A DNA stretch of 64,000 bases from an uncultured Chloroflexia bacterium (GTDB lineage: Bacteria; Chloroflexota; Limnocylindria; QHBO01), in NCBI GenBank assembly GCA_963825525.1, contig CAWGTN010000002.1:1120001-1184000 (forward strand), read 5' to 3'. The notes beneath the pieces were generated by a model. The model made no database searches, was not told the origin of the DNA, and worked only from the letters and a program-made list of their open reading frames with translations. The position numbers were made by a program, and so were the translations under genes. The first letter of the stretch is position 1; the number at the start of each line of letters is the position of its first letter. This document shows, one piece after another, positions 51,876 through 62,055 of this stretch.

Positions 51876-53312
51876 TCAGCGGCCCTCCATGGCGAGCTTG
51901 TCGAGCTCGAGCGGGACGTCGGTCGGGTACACGCCGTCGAAGCAGGCCGTGCAGCGTCGACCGCCACGACCACCGACCGCCTCGAGCAGTGCCTCCTGCG
52001 AGAGATAGCCGAGCGTGTCGGCACCGATCGCCGCTCGGACTCCCTCGAGCGAGTGGGTGGCCGCGATGAGCTCGTCGCGCCGTCCGGTGTCGACGCCCAT
52101 GTAGCACGGGTGTCGCATCTGCGGCGAGTGGATCCGCACGTGGACCTCGCGAGCACCGGCCCGTTTCAGCATCTCGACGATCGGCCCGGTGGTGGTGCCG
52201 CGCACGATGGAGTCATCGACGACCACGACCCGCTTGTCGCGCAGCAGCTCGGGCAGCGGGTTGAACTTCATGCGAACCGCTTCGTCGCGGCTGCGCTGTG
52301 CCGGCTGGATGAAGGTGCGCCCGACGTATCGCGACTTGATGAGGCCTTCCCGGTACGGCAATCCCGATTCCTCGGCGTAGCCGATGGCGGCCGGGATCGC
52401 AGAATCCGGCACCGCGATGACGAGGTCGGCGTCCGCCGGGTGCTCCCTGGCCAGGCGTCTACCCATCTCGAGCCGCGCCTCGTACAGCAGCCGACCGTCG
52501 ATGACCGAGTCCGGCCGTGCGAGGTAGACGAACTCGAACACACAGAGTCGCTCACGCTCCGGGGCGGCGCGCGCGGAACGGAACGACTGGACCCCATCAT
52601 CATCGATCGTGACGACCTCGCCGGCATCCACGTCGCGCACGAACTGCGCACCCATGGCGTCCAGCGCCGCGCTCTCCGATGCGATGGCCCAACCTCCGCC
52701 GGGCAGCCGGCCAAGGCACAGCGGCCGGAATCCGATCGGGTCGCGAGCGGCCACCAGCGCGGTCTCGGTCAGCATGGTGAATGTGAAGGCGCCCACCGCA
52801 CGATGGAACGCATGGTCGACGCGCTGTGCCCATGTTCGGCCCGGAGCATGGGCGATGAGCTTGGCGAGCACCTCGGTGTCGGACGCGGAGCCGAACTCGA
52901 CCCCCTGCTCGGTCAGCTCGTCCCGCAGCCATGTCGCATTGGTGAGGTTGCCGTTATGGCCGAGCATCAGCTCGCCGATATCGGCCCGTGCATAGACCGG
53001 CTGGACGTTGGGCAGGGTGTTGGACCCGGTGGTGCTGTACCGCGTATGGCCGATCGCGGCCTTCGGTGGACGTCCGTCGTCGTCGCGTCCCTCCAGCCGG
53101 ATCAAGGTCTCCTCGTCGAACACGGTGCTCACCAGGCCGAGGCGCTTGTGCAGCCTCAGCTGTGTGCCGTCGGTCGTCGCGATGCCGGCGGACTCCTGGC
53201 CCCGGTGCTGAAGGGCGTGGAGGCCGATGTACGCGAGCCTGGCCACCGAGGCGTTCGGCGCCCAGATCCCCACCACGCCGCACTCTTCCCGTGGTCCATG
53301 CGGCTCGTACAC
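51876..53312 (-). CDS. purF: Amidophosphoribosyltransferase (propeptide / Fe-S type)
   Basis: REE-CGVVG, LQHRGQE, GHTRYSTTG, HNGNL, CVFEFVY.ARPDS, VVVDDSIVRGTT, CYMGVD, CTAC; GGTGAGG RBS before GTG 53312. Confidence 0.95.
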   Translation of the reverse strand: MYEPHGPREECGVVGIWAPNASVARLAYIGLHALQHRGQESAGIATTDGTQLRLHKRLGLVSTVFDEETLIRLEGRDDDGRPPKAAIGHTRYSTTGSNTLPNVQPVYARADIGELMLGHNGNLTNATWLRDELTEQGVEFGSASDTEVLAKLIAHAPGRTWAQRVDHAFHRAVGAFTFTMLTETALVAARDPIGFRPLCLGRLPGGGWAIASESAALDAMGAQFVRDVDAGEVVTIDDDGVQSFRSARAAPERERLCVFEFVYLARPDSVIDGRLLYEARLEMGRRLAREHPADADLVIAVPDSAIPAAIGYAEESGLPYREGLIKSRYVGRTFIQPAQRSRDEAVRMKFNPLPELLRDKRVVVVDDSIVRGTTTGPIVEMLKRAGAREVHVRIHSPQMRHPCYMGVDTGRRDELIAATHSLEGVRAAIGADTLGYLSQEALLEAVGGRGGRRCTACFDGVYPTDVPLELDKLAMEGR

Positions 53313-53581
53313 GGGTAGCGCCTCACCCGAATGGTGCGTCAGGCTGATGGGCGCGCGCACGGGGTGGGTCAAGCGGATCGGTGCTGGCCGGGCACGGGCT
53401 CATGATAGCCGTCCGGGCGCTGACGGGACCGGTCGCGCAGCCACGCGGCCGACGGTACCGGGGCAGTACTGCACCAATCCCCACTCGGCCGTTTGGAGCT
53501 CGTCGGCGCGCCCGACGCCAACGCGGCGAGGGACCATCGACCCATGGTGGAGCCGGACCCCACCCGCCATGCTTCGGCGCA

Positions 53582-55465
53582 ATGTTGCTTCTGATTCGGC
53601 TCCTTGGCTTCCTCGCCCCGATGGCCGTCGCCGGCCTGCTGCTCATCGCCTTCGGCGTGGCGGCCCAGGTCCCGGCCGACGAGCGGTGGCGCGTCCTGGT
53701 CGTCGTGCTCGCGGCGGCGGTCGCCGGTCTGACGAGCATGGCGCTCATCGGTTGGAGCTATTTCGGGTGGCGGTTGAACCACATCGCGCGTGACCTGGAG
53801 CGAACGCTCGAGACTGACGCGCCGATTCGACTTCGCGAGACCGGCATCCCCGGCGAACGCCGCCTGGCCCGCGCACTGAACGCGGCGAGCGGCGCCTTCA
53901 TCCAGGTCGAGGCGCGTGCGACGCACGACCGGCTCACCGGCATCCCCAACCGCGAGACGCTGCTCACGATCCTCGGCGCCGAGGTCGAGCGCTCGGCGCG
54001 GCACTCGAAGCCACTCAGCGTCGCGTTCATCGACATCGACCGCTTCAAGCCGATCAACGACACGCATGGGCATGCGAGCGGCGACGCGGTGCTGCGCCAG
54101 GTCGCTCGGCTCGTCTCGGACGGCGTGCGGGTCAACGACACCTTCGGCCGCTACGGCGGTGAGGAATTCATGCTGATCCTGCCCGAGACCCTGCCGGAGG
54201 ACGCCGTGCGCCTCGCCGAGGAGCTGCGGCGGCTCGTCCAGCAGGAGCCGCTCCGCATCCCCGGCGGCGGAACCACGAAGATCACGATCAGCCTCGGGAT
54301 CGCCGGTGGTCATGGTGCCGAGCTTCAGCTCGACATGCTGGTCGACCGCGCCGACGCTGCGATGTACGCCGCCAAGTCACTCGGCCGCAATCGCACCTAC
54401 CTGTACCGCGAGCTCGACGAAGGCGCGCCCGTTCGCCGCGCGCCGATCTCGAACGAGCGACGCCTGCAGGCCACCGCCATCGGCCAGTGGGCCAGCGATA
54501 CCGCCACCCAGGCCCTGGCATCGGTCCTTGCGCCACAGCCCAATCATCGCGGCCGCCCGTCCGACATGATCGCGTCGCTCGCGACCGGGATCGGCATCGA
54601 GCTCGGGTTGCCGGCCGAGGAGATCGAGCGCATCCGAATTGCCGCCCTCCTCCACGATCTCGGCAAGATCGCCGTTCCCGAAGAGATCCTCGACAAGCCG
54701 ACGGCACTGACGGATGCCGAGTGGCAGGCCATCGGCGAGCATCCGCGCATCGGACAGGTCATCCTCGAGCAGGCCTCGAATCTGCGTGAGGCCATCCCGG
54801 TGGTCCTTCACCACCACGAGCGGTTCAACGGCGGCGGCTACCCGCACGGGCTGAAGGGGAATGAGATTCCCCTGGGAGCGCGGATCGTGGCGGTCGCGGA
54901 CGCATATCACGCCATGGTCCATGAACGGCCGTACAGCGCGGCGCTGAGCCACGACGAGGCGGTGGCCGAGCTGGAGAAGCACGCCGGGACGCAGTTCGAC
55001 CCGGACATCGTGGCGAAGTTCCGCAGCATCTACGCGCGGTCCGTGCCGCCCGACGGCCTGGAGGAGGTGTACCGCCTCAACCAGCGTGCGCGCGGCGGGC
55101 TCTCGCACCTGGGCGAGACGACGCCGGTCTCGCTCCCCGGAGCCGAAGGCCAGCCCGCGGCCGCGGAGACGGCGAGCGGCCGGGGCCCTACGCGAGGCGT
55201 CGCAGTGACGCTCGAGTCGCTCTCCACGCTCGCCATCCTCGGCGGCGTGGTGGCCGTGCTGCTGGTCGGGACGCTGCTGGCGTTGGAGCCCGACCGACCC
55301 GACGATGAGACGGCCGAGATCGGCGCGGCCGACGAAGGGTCAGCGGAAGACGCCGTTGCCGCCACCCTCCGACGGCGCACCCTGCGGGCGTCAAAGCGGA
55401 TCTCGACCGGTGGCCCGGCGCAGTCCTCGGCCGGCCCCGAGCCCGCGGTCCGTCACAAGTCCTAG
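53582..55465 (+). CDS. Membrane-bound diguanylate cyclase / HD-GYP phosphodiesterase (true end possibly 55208)
   Basis: Two TMs, D.LTG.PNR, DIDRFK, RVND I-site, GGEEF; LLHDLGK, HHERFNGGGYP, VADAYHAM. Confidence 0.9.
   Translation: MLLLIRLLGFLAPMAVAGLLLIAFGVAAQVPADERWRVLVVVLAAAVAGLTSMALIGWSYFGWRLNHIARDLERTLETDAPIRLRETGIPGERRLARALNAASGAFIQVEARATHDRLTGIPNRETLLTILGAEVERSARHSKPLSVAFIDIDRFKPINDTHGHASGDAVLRQVARLVSDGVRVNDTFGRYGGEEFMLILPETLPEDAVRLAEELRRLVQQEPLRIPGGGTTKITISLGIAGGHGAELQLDMLVDRADAAMYAAKSLGRNRTYLYRELDEGAPVRRAPISNERRLQATAIGQWASDTATQALASVLAPQPNHRGRPSDMIASLATGIGIELGLPAEEIERIRIAALLHDLGKIAVPEEILDKPTALTDAEWQAIGEHPRIGQVILEQASNLREAIPVVLHHHERFNGGGYPHGLKGNEIPLGARIVAVADAYHAMVHERPYSAALSHDEAVAELEKHAGTQFDPDIVAKFRSIYARSVPPDGLEEVYRLNQRARGGLSHLGETTPVSLPGAEGQPAAAETASGRGPTRGVAVTLESLSTLAILGGVVAVLLVGTLLALEPDRPDDETAEIGAADEGSAEDAVAATLRRRTLRASKRISTGGPAQSSAGPEPAVRHKS
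55205..55465 (+). CDS. Possible separate small single-TM protein (86 aa) currently fused in frame to the GGDEF/HD-GYP ORF
   Basis: GAGG RBS then GTG (MTLESLSTLAILGGVVAVLLVGTLLAL...) overlapping a +1-frame TGA in GTGA fashion, like other junctions in this window. Confidence 0.4.
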   Translation: MTLESLSTLAILGGVVAVLLVGTLLALEPDRPDDETAEIGAADEGSAEDAVAATLRRRTLRASKRISTGGPAQSSAGPEPAVRHKS

Positions 55466-57681
55466 AACCCGGCTCGCCAGCGGTCCTCGAGCCGCGTGAC
55501 ATCCGCCTCGATCTTGACGCTGCCATCCCCGATCTGGAGACGCGTCCCGCCGACAACTCCGAGCCGCAGGGCCGGGACACCGGCCCTGGCACACGTCTCC
55601 TCCAGTTCACCCGAGCGATCGCCCGCCACGGTCACGATGGCCCGGCCGGCACGCTCGCCCAGGACGGCCGCCATGGGCGCGTCACCGAACGCCGGCACCG
55701 CCACCCGGGCGCCGATGCCCGAGGCAATCGCCATCCGGGCAAGCGCCACCCCGAGTCCCCCGACCGACAGGTCGTGCGCCGCGTGCGCGATCTTCGATGA
55801 GGCCAGGGCAGGGAGCAGGCCGATGACGCGCGCCGCGGCCGCCAGGTCGAGCGTCGGCTGGCCGCCCCGCGCCCCGCGCTGCCAGGCAAGCTCTGACGCC
55901 GCCAGCGCATCGGCATCCCACGCCGGATCGCCGAGCAGCCAGATCTCATCCGAGTCGACCCAGCCCATGGTGAGCACCAGCGATCGATCCTGCAGGAGCC
56001 CCACGGTGCCGACCACCGGGGTCGGCAGGATCGGCCCGTCGGGCGTCTCGTTGTAGAGGCTGACGTTGCCCGACACGACCGGGATCTCGAGTGCCCGGCA
56101 GGCGTCGGCGATCCCGTCGATCGCCCGTGTCAGCTGCCACGCCCCCAGCGCATGCTCGGGCGACCCGAAGTTCAGGCAGTCCGTGATGCCGATGGGCTTG
56201 GCGCCGCTGACGGCGACGTTGAGTGCGCCCTCGATCACCGCCGAAGCGCCCGCGAGATGCGGGTCGAGCGTCCCGACCCGCGCCGGCCCGGGGCCATCGA
56301 TCGACAGCGCGATGGCCCGTTGGGTGCCCTTCACCCGCAGCACCGCCGAGTCACCGCGCCCCGGTCCGACGATGGTGTTCGTCCCGTTCATGTGGTCGTA
56401 CCGGCGCCAGATCGGCTTGCGGTCCCGGGCATTCGCGGATCCCAGCACATCGAGCAGGTCATCGATCGTCGGGACGGCGGACGCGAGGGCGACGAGCGCG
56501 GGGTCGGCAGAGGCCGCGAACGGGCCGCCGTGGACGGCGTACCTGGGCGCGTCGTCGGCCAGTGAGCGTCCGGCCACCTCGCACACCAGCTCGTTACCGG
56601 CGCGGCAGCGGATGATCGGCTCATCGATGACGGTGCCGATCCGGGCTGCGTGGAGCTCGTAGCGCGTGAACACGGCACTCGCCGCCTCGACGGCCTCGGG
56701 CGTGACCACGATCAGCATCCGCTCCTGCGACTCGCTGAGGAGAACCTCGTACGGGGTCATCCCACGCTCACGTCGCGGCACGGCACCCAGGTCGACGTCG
56801 GCGCCCACGCCACCTCGGGCCGTCAGCTCGGCCAGCGCGCAGGTGAGGCCCGCCGCCCCCAGGTCCTGCATCGCGACGATCCCCGGCATGTTCGCGAGCT
56901 CGAGGCATGCCTCCATCAGCAGCTTCTCGAGGAACGGGTTGCCGACCTGCACCGCCGGGCGACGCTCCTCGACGTCATGGCCCAGGTTGGCCGAAGCGAA
57001 GCTTGCCCCCTGGATGCCGTCGCGCCCCGTCGCCGCGCCGACGAGCAGGAGCACGTTGCCGGCGCCGGCCGCGCGCGCCAGGGTGATGTCGTCGTGGCGG
57101 GCAATGCCCACGCACATGGCGTTGACGAGGGGATTGCCCGAGTAGCTCGGGTCGAAGGTGACCTCGCCGCCCACGTCCGGGATCCCGATGCAGTTGCCGT
57201 AGCCGGCGATGCCGCCGATCACGCCATCGAACAGGTAGCGGTTGCGAGCGGCCGCATCCACCGCGGTCTCCGCGCCGGCCTCCAGCGGTCCGAAGCGCAG
57301 GCTGTTGAGCAGCGCGATGGGCCGGGCGCCCATGGTGAAGATGTCGCGGATGATGCCGCCGACGCCGGTGGCCGCGCCCTGGTACGGCTCCACCGCACTC
57401 GGATGGTTGTGCGACTCGACCTTGAACACCACCGCCAGGCCGTCGCCGATGTCGATCGCCCCGGCATTCTCGCCGGGCCCCACCAGGACGGCGTCGCCGG
57501 TCGAGGGCAGGCGGCCCAGGAGGGATCTCGAGTGCTTGTAGGCGCAGTGCTCGGACCACATGGCGCCGAACATCCCGAGCTCGACGGCATTCGGCTCGCG
57601 GCCGAGGGCGGAAACGACGAGCTGATACTCGGACTCGGTCAGGCCGTGGAGCTGGTCGGCCGGCGGTGGTGCGAGTGTCAT
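55462..57681 (-). CDS. purL: FGAM synthase subunit PurL
   Basis: AMWSEHCAYK, FKVESHNHPS, GAATGVGGIIRDI, QDLGAAGL, LSESQERM, DCLNFGSPE, VSGNVSLYN. Confidence 0.96.
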   Translation of the reverse strand: MTLAPPPADQLHGLTESEYQLVVSALGREPNAVELGMFGAMWSEHCAYKHSRSLLGRLPSTGDAVLVGPGENAGAIDIGDGLAVVFKVESHNHPSAVEPYQGAATGVGGIIRDIFTMGARPIALLNSLRFGPLEAGAETAVDAAARNRYLFDGVIGGIAGYGNCIGIPDVGGEVTFDPSYSGNPLVNAMCVGIARHDDITLARAAGAGNVLLLVGAATGRDGIQGASFASANLGHDVEERRPAVQVGNPFLEKLLMEACLELANMPGIVAMQDLGAAGLTCALAELTARGGVGADVDLGAVPRRERGMTPYEVLLSESQERMLIVVTPEAVEAASAVFTRYELHAARIGTVIDEPIIRCRAGNELVCEVAGRSLADDAPRYAVHGGPFAASADPALVALASAVPTIDDLLDVLGSANARDRKPIWRRYDHMNGTNTIVGPGRGDSAVLRVKGTQRAIALSIDGPGPARVGTLDPHLAGASAVIEGALNVAVSGAKPIGITDCLNFGSPEHALGAWQLTRAIDGIADACRALEIPVVSGNVSLYNETPDGPILPTPVVGTVGLLQDRSLVLTMGWVDSDEIWLLGDPAWDADALAASELAWQRGARGGQPTLDLAAAARVIGLLPALASSKIAHAAHDLSVGGLGVALARMAIASGIGARVAVPAFGDAPMAAVLGERAGRAIVTVAGDRSGELEETCARAGVPALRLGVVGGTRLQIGDGSVKIEADVTRLEDRWRAGF

Positions 57682-57685
57682 CCGA

Positions 57686-58401
57686 TCAGGGCTGGCGGCC
57701 ACCCAGCGGTTGGTCGCGCCCGAGCTCGACGATCACGGCGCCGATTGCGCCGGCGGCCGTCCCGAAGAAGAACAGCAGCTCGCCGATGCCGGCGCCCCCG
57801 AGGCCGACGCGATCCAATGCCATCCCGAAGCCGATGAGCATCACGCCCAGGATCGCCAGCCGCAGGTTGGGGATTTCGGGGATCCGCGCCGAGAAGAAGA
57901 CGGTGGCGGCGATCCCGAGCAGCAGGAGCAAGGCGATGAGGTCGATCGCGCTCACCGTCCGCCCGAACAGGCTGATGAGGACGCCGATCGCGGCAATGAT
58001 GGCGCCGACGCCGATGAGCCATGCCGAGAGCATGACCGGCATGGTCAGTGGCAGGTTGATCGATGGCGTCCGGCTCGACCGTTCGGATCGACGGGGCGAC
58101 GGAGGCATGGCCGGCGGGGGTTCCGAACGGTCGAACGTGGCGGCCTCGCCGACGCGTGTGGGCTCCTCCACCCGTTCAACGCGATCCGGCTCGGCGTCAC
58201 GCTCCTCGTCCGGCGCGCGCTCTTCCCGCTGGTACGCGCGGCGATCGGGCGGTGCGGCTGATCGGCTTCGGCGTGATCCGGCCAGGCCGGAGCGGCCGGG
58301 ATCTCGGTCTCCTGTTCCTGGTCGATGGGCTGGCCGCAGGTCGGACAGAAGACGGCAGTGTCCTCGACCTCCGTTCCGCACGCGGCGCAGTATCGGGCCA
58401 T
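57686..58401 (-). CDS. Zinc-ribbon membrane protein (N-terminal CxxC..CxxC, acidic linker, 4 TM); apparent frameshift at about 58255
   Basis: MARYCAACG...FCPTCG in one frame; acidic linker and four hydrophobic helices in another frame ending at 57686. Confidence 0.75.
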
Positions 58402-58404
58402 GCC

Positions 58405-59587
58405 TCAGCTTCGGCCGAAGCGCGTGAGTGTGCCGATCACGGTGATCAGCGATGCGAGGAAGAAGATGATGCCGGCCGGGGTCATGACCCGCAGCATCGC
58501 GACGATGTCGCCGCTCCAGTTACCGGCCAGCTCGACCACTCCGAAGCTGACGATGAGCCCGACACTCCACAGCAACGCGATCCCGAGACCCAGGACCTGG
58601 AGGCGGCCCGGTACGGCCCGGGCAAAGCCGGCGATCGCCAGCGCCAGCAGCAGAAGGGCCAGCAGCGGGATCGGGCCGGTGAGGCCGTAGTACACCTGGT
58701 CCGCCAGCCCGGCGCCGACGGCCGGGTAGTCCGTCCAGAACGCCACGCCAGTGCCACCGTCGCCAACGGCACGCTCGAACAGGGAGCCGGTGCCGTACAG
58801 GAACGGCAGCAGATAGCCGGTGATGATGCCGATCAGGCCGATGAGCAGGACGACCGGCCCAAGCACGGCGCCTCCCGACCGCACGGCGGATTCCGCGGCG
58901 GGTTCGCCCGCGACCGATGGCGGAACGTAACCGGGGGCCGTGCCTCGCAGGTTGGCTCCGCAGTTCTGGCAGAAGCCCACGCCCGCGCGGTTGTGCGTGC
59001 CGCAGCGCGGACAGGCCATGGTGCCCTCGGGGGTTCCGGGTCGCTCGACGGTGCTCGCCACACCGGCAGCCACCAGGCGCTGGCCACAGTTGTTGCAGAA
59101 CGACAGGCCGGGACGGTTCTCGGTCCCGCAGCGCGGGCACTTGGTGCTCTCGCCGACCGCCTCCTCGCCGGCGGGAACGGCATGCGCGGCCGTGGCGTCA
59201 ACTTCGACATTGCTCGCCGGGGCGACGTACGCTTCCACCTCGCTGGGTGGCGGCTCGGTCGCGCCTGACACGTCCTCGGCGGAGCTCCAATCGGGCGCAA
59301 GGATCGGCGGCTCTCCCCGCTCCGGTGGCTCGGTCGGCCAGGCTTCCTCGTCCGCCGACCCGGCGGCAGGAGCGTCGGTCGGCCACGCCGGGCTCAACAG
59401 GTTCAGCGGGCGCGCTGCTCGGCCAGCTCTCGATCTCGGCCGGATCCGGATCGGGGGGCGGGACCACAGGCTCGCTCACGGCGTCGCCCGACAGGTCGGT
59501 CGATTCCGTCGGCGTCGGCTCAGCCGAGCCCGATGACGCGTCATCCGCGTCGGGCGAGTCGCGTCGGTCGCGCTCGAGGTCGTCCAC
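58405..59587 (-). CDS. Double zinc-ribbon membrane protein with acidic Pro-rich N-terminus; apparent +1 frameshift at about 59390
   Basis: GGAGG plus GTG 59587; CPRCGTENRPGLSFCNNCG and CPRCGTHNRAGVGFCQNCG; four C-terminal TMs. Confidence 0.78.
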
Positions 59588-59619
59588 TCGTTCGCCTCCT
59601 GCGGCAGGTCTGGGCGGGG

Positions 59620-60375
59620 TCAGAGCGATGATACCCGACGTTCCGCGGGCGCCGGCTGCTCCTGCAGCCAGCGTTCCAGCGACCGAAAGACCCGCAATCC
59701 ATCGGTGCCACCGACCTCGGGCTCGGCCGCCCGCTCGGGGTGCGGCATGAGGCCCAGGACGTTCCCGCGCTCGTTGACGATGCCCGCGATTCCGCGCTCC
59801 GACCCGTTCGGGTTTGCTTCGTCGGCCAGCGTGCCATCCGGCATCGCGTAGCGCAGGACCACCCTGCCGTCGCGCTCGAGTAGGTCGAGCGTGGGCTCGT
59901 CGGCGACGTAGCGGCCCTCGCCGTGACTGATCGGCAGCTCGATGGTCTCCCCATCGGAGAACTCGCCGAGCCAGGCGGGCGCGGCGGACGCATGCTCGAC
60001 GCGCAGCGTCTGCCAATCACAGCGGAACTCGAGATGGTCATTGCGCAGCAACGCCCCAGGCAGCATCCCTGCCTCGGTCAGGATCTGGAAGCCGTTGCAG
60101 GAGCCGATGACCGGTCCGCCCGCATCGGCGAACGCCTCGACCGCCGCCATCAACGGCGAGAAACGTGCGATGGCGCCGGTTCGAAGGTGGTCACCGTGAG
60201 CGAACCCACCAGGCAGTACCACCGCGTCAACGGCGCCCAGCTCGCGCTCCGTGTGCCACACCAGGCGCGTCTCCCAGCCGAGCACGGACTCGGCGACGTG
60301 CGCGAAGTCGCGCTCCGACCACGTTCCGGGAAAGACCGCGATCGCCACCCGAGGCCGCGCTCCGGCCCTGGTCAC
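59620..60375 (-). CDS. purQ: FGAM synthase glutaminase subunit
   Basis: LPGGFAHGDHLR, GSCNGFQIL, ISHGEGRY, NPNGS, LMPHPER. Confidence 0.95.
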   Translation of the reverse strand: MTRAGARPRVAIAVFPGTWSERDFAHVAESVLGWETRLVWHTERELGAVDAVVLPGGFAHGDHLRTGAIARFSPLMAAVEAFADAGGPVIGSCNGFQILTEAGMLPGALLRNDHLEFRCDWQTLRVEHASAAPAWLGEFSDGETIELPISHGEGRYVADEPTLDLLERDGRVVLRYAMPDGTLADEANPNGSERGIAGIVNERGNVLGLMPHPERAAEPEVGGTDGLRVFRSLERWLQEQPAPAERRVSSL

Positions 60376-60653
60376 GGGTTGGCGGCCTCGGCGTCCTGCT
60401 GCTCGTCCGCCCGCAGCTCCCAGCTCGCCGTCTCCATGACCGGGTTGGCAAGCAGTCGTCGGCACATCTCGCCGACGGCAGCCTCGGCTTCGTTCGACCC
60501 ATCGGCCTCGAACGCGATCCGCATGAGCTTGCCGCTCCGCACTTCGCGGACCGTCGGATAGCCCAGCGAGCGCAGCGCAGCACCGATCGTCTGACCCTCC
60601 GGGTCGGCGATGCCCGATCGGAGCGCGACATGCACCTCGGCGATCCAGCGCAC
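60372..60653 (-). CDS. purS: FGAM synthase subunit PurS
   Basis: DPEGQTI..AL..LG, VRSGK, MCRRLLANPVME. Confidence 0.92.
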   Translation of the reverse strand: MRWIAEVHVALRSGIADPEGQTIGAALRSLGYPTVREVRSGKLMRIAFEADGSNEAEAAVGEMCRRLLANPVMETASWELRADEQQDAEAANP

Positions 60654-60655
60654 GG

Positions 60656-61552
60656 TCAGGCCGGCTCGTGCCACGGTCGGCCGGTCAGGCGCTCGAATGC
60701 GGCAACGTATCGGTCGCGCGTGCCCTCGATCACGTCGGCGGGGAGCTCTGGGGCGGGCGGCTCCTTGTTCCATCCGGCGTTGGCCACGAAGTCCCGGACG
60801 AACTGCTTGTCGAAGCTCTGAGGGCTCGAGCCGGGCGCATACGTCGCGCCATCCCAGAAGCGCGAGGAGTCGGGCGTGAGCACCTCGTCGATCAGGGCCA
60901 GCTCATCGTCGATGAATCCGAACTCGAACTTCGTGTCGGCCAGGATCAATCCGACCTCCTCGGCACGCCGCGCGCCCTCGCGGTACAGGGCGATCGACCG
61001 CTGCTCGAGGTCACGCGCGAGATCGGAGCCGACCATGTCGGCGAGCTGCTCGCGGCTGATGTTCTCGTCGTGTCCCACTTCCGCCTTGGTGGAAGGCGTG
61101 AAGATCGGCTCGGGGAGGCGCTCGGCCTCGCGCATGCCCTCCGGCAGTCGATGACCGCAGACCATGCCGGTGCGCTGGTACTCCGCCCAGCCGGAGCCCG
61201 CGAGGTAGCCGCGGACGACGCACTCGGCATCGACGCGCTGGGCGCGGCGCACGAGCATCGAGCGCGGCGCGAGGTCCGGGGTGCGGGCAGCTTCCGGCAG
61301 CGATTGGATGTCGGCACTCACGAAGTGCGTGCGGCCAAGGTCGGCGAGCTGCTCGAACCACCACGTGCTGAGGCGAGTCAGCACCGCACCCTTGTCCGGA
61401 ATCGGCTGGGAGAAGACGACGTCGAATGCCGATAGTCGGTCGGTCGCCACCAGCAGCAGATGACGCTCATCGACCTCGTAGGTCTCGCGCACCTTGCCGC
61501 GATGGATGAGCGGCAGCCCCTCGACCTCGGCCTGCAGCATGGCGTTCGTCAT
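60656..61552 (-). CDS. purC: SAICAR synthase
   Basis: RGKVRE, ATDRLSAFD, ECVVRGYLAGSGW, FTPSTKAE, ADTKFEFG, DEVLTPDSSRFW, SFDKQFVRD. Confidence 0.96.
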   Translation of the reverse strand: MTNAMLQAEVEGLPLIHRGKVRETYEVDERHLLLVATDRLSAFDVVFSQPIPDKGAVLTRLSTWWFEQLADLGRTHFVSADIQSLPEAARTPDLAPRSMLVRRAQRVDAECVVRGYLAGSGWAEYQRTGMVCGHRLPEGMREAERLPEPIFTPSTKAEVGHDENISREQLADMVGSDLARDLEQRSIALYREGARRAEEVGLILADTKFEFGFIDDELALIDEVLTPDSSRFWDGATYAPGSSPQSFDKQFVRDFVANAGWNKEPPAPELPADVIEGTRDRYVAAFERLTGRPWHEPA

Positions 61553-61553
61553 C

Positions 61554-62048
61554 TCAGTCACCCTCCTCGGCTTCATCGTCGGCCAGCGCTGGTGCGCGGC
61601 CGGTTGGAATCTTGAGTCGTCGCTTGATCACATGCTCGAGTCGCTGGAACACCTCGAGGGCCACGATGACCAGCGCCGCGCTGACGGTGGCCATCACCAG
61701 GAGCCCGGCGCCTGCGGCCATGCCCACGGCGGCAACCGCCCACAGCGAGGCGGCCGTCGTGAGGCCGCGCACCGTACCGCCGTAATGGAGAATGGCGCCA
61801 CCGCCCAGGAACCCGATGCCCGACACGATCTGGGCCGCCACCCGGGTCGGATCGGCACTCGAGCCGGTGAAGGCGTAGGCCCCCACGATGGTGAAGATCG
61901 CCGCCCCGAGAGCAACCAGTGCGTGCGTTCGGAATCCCGCCGGCATGCGCTGGAGCTCCCGCTCCCAGCCGATCACGGCGCCGAGCACGAGCGCCACCAC
62001 CAGGCGCACCGTGAGCTCGATCTGCGTCCCGATGCTCAGATCTTCCAC
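61554..62048 (-). CDS. MgtC/SapB family membrane protein (short, TM domain only)
   Basis: IGWERE...AGFRTHALV, DPTRVAAQIVSGIGFLGGG, GLTTAASLW; GGAGG RBS. Confidence 0.92.
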   Translation of the reverse strand: MEDLSIGTQIELTVRLVVALVLGAVIGWERELQRMPAGFRTHALVALGAAIFTIVGAYAFTGSSADPTRVAAQIVSGIGFLGGGAILHYGGTVRGLTTAASLWAVAAVGMAAGAGLLVMATVSAALVIVALEVFQRLEHVIKRRLKIPTGRAPALADDEAEEGD

Positions 62049-62055
62049 GTCGAGT

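Noticed and set aside
53313-53581. Purine, ZTP or c-di-GMP riboswitch between purF and the GGDEF gene
   Set aside because: No recognisable aptamer consensus by eye; an Infernal/Rfam scan would be needed to exclude it fully.
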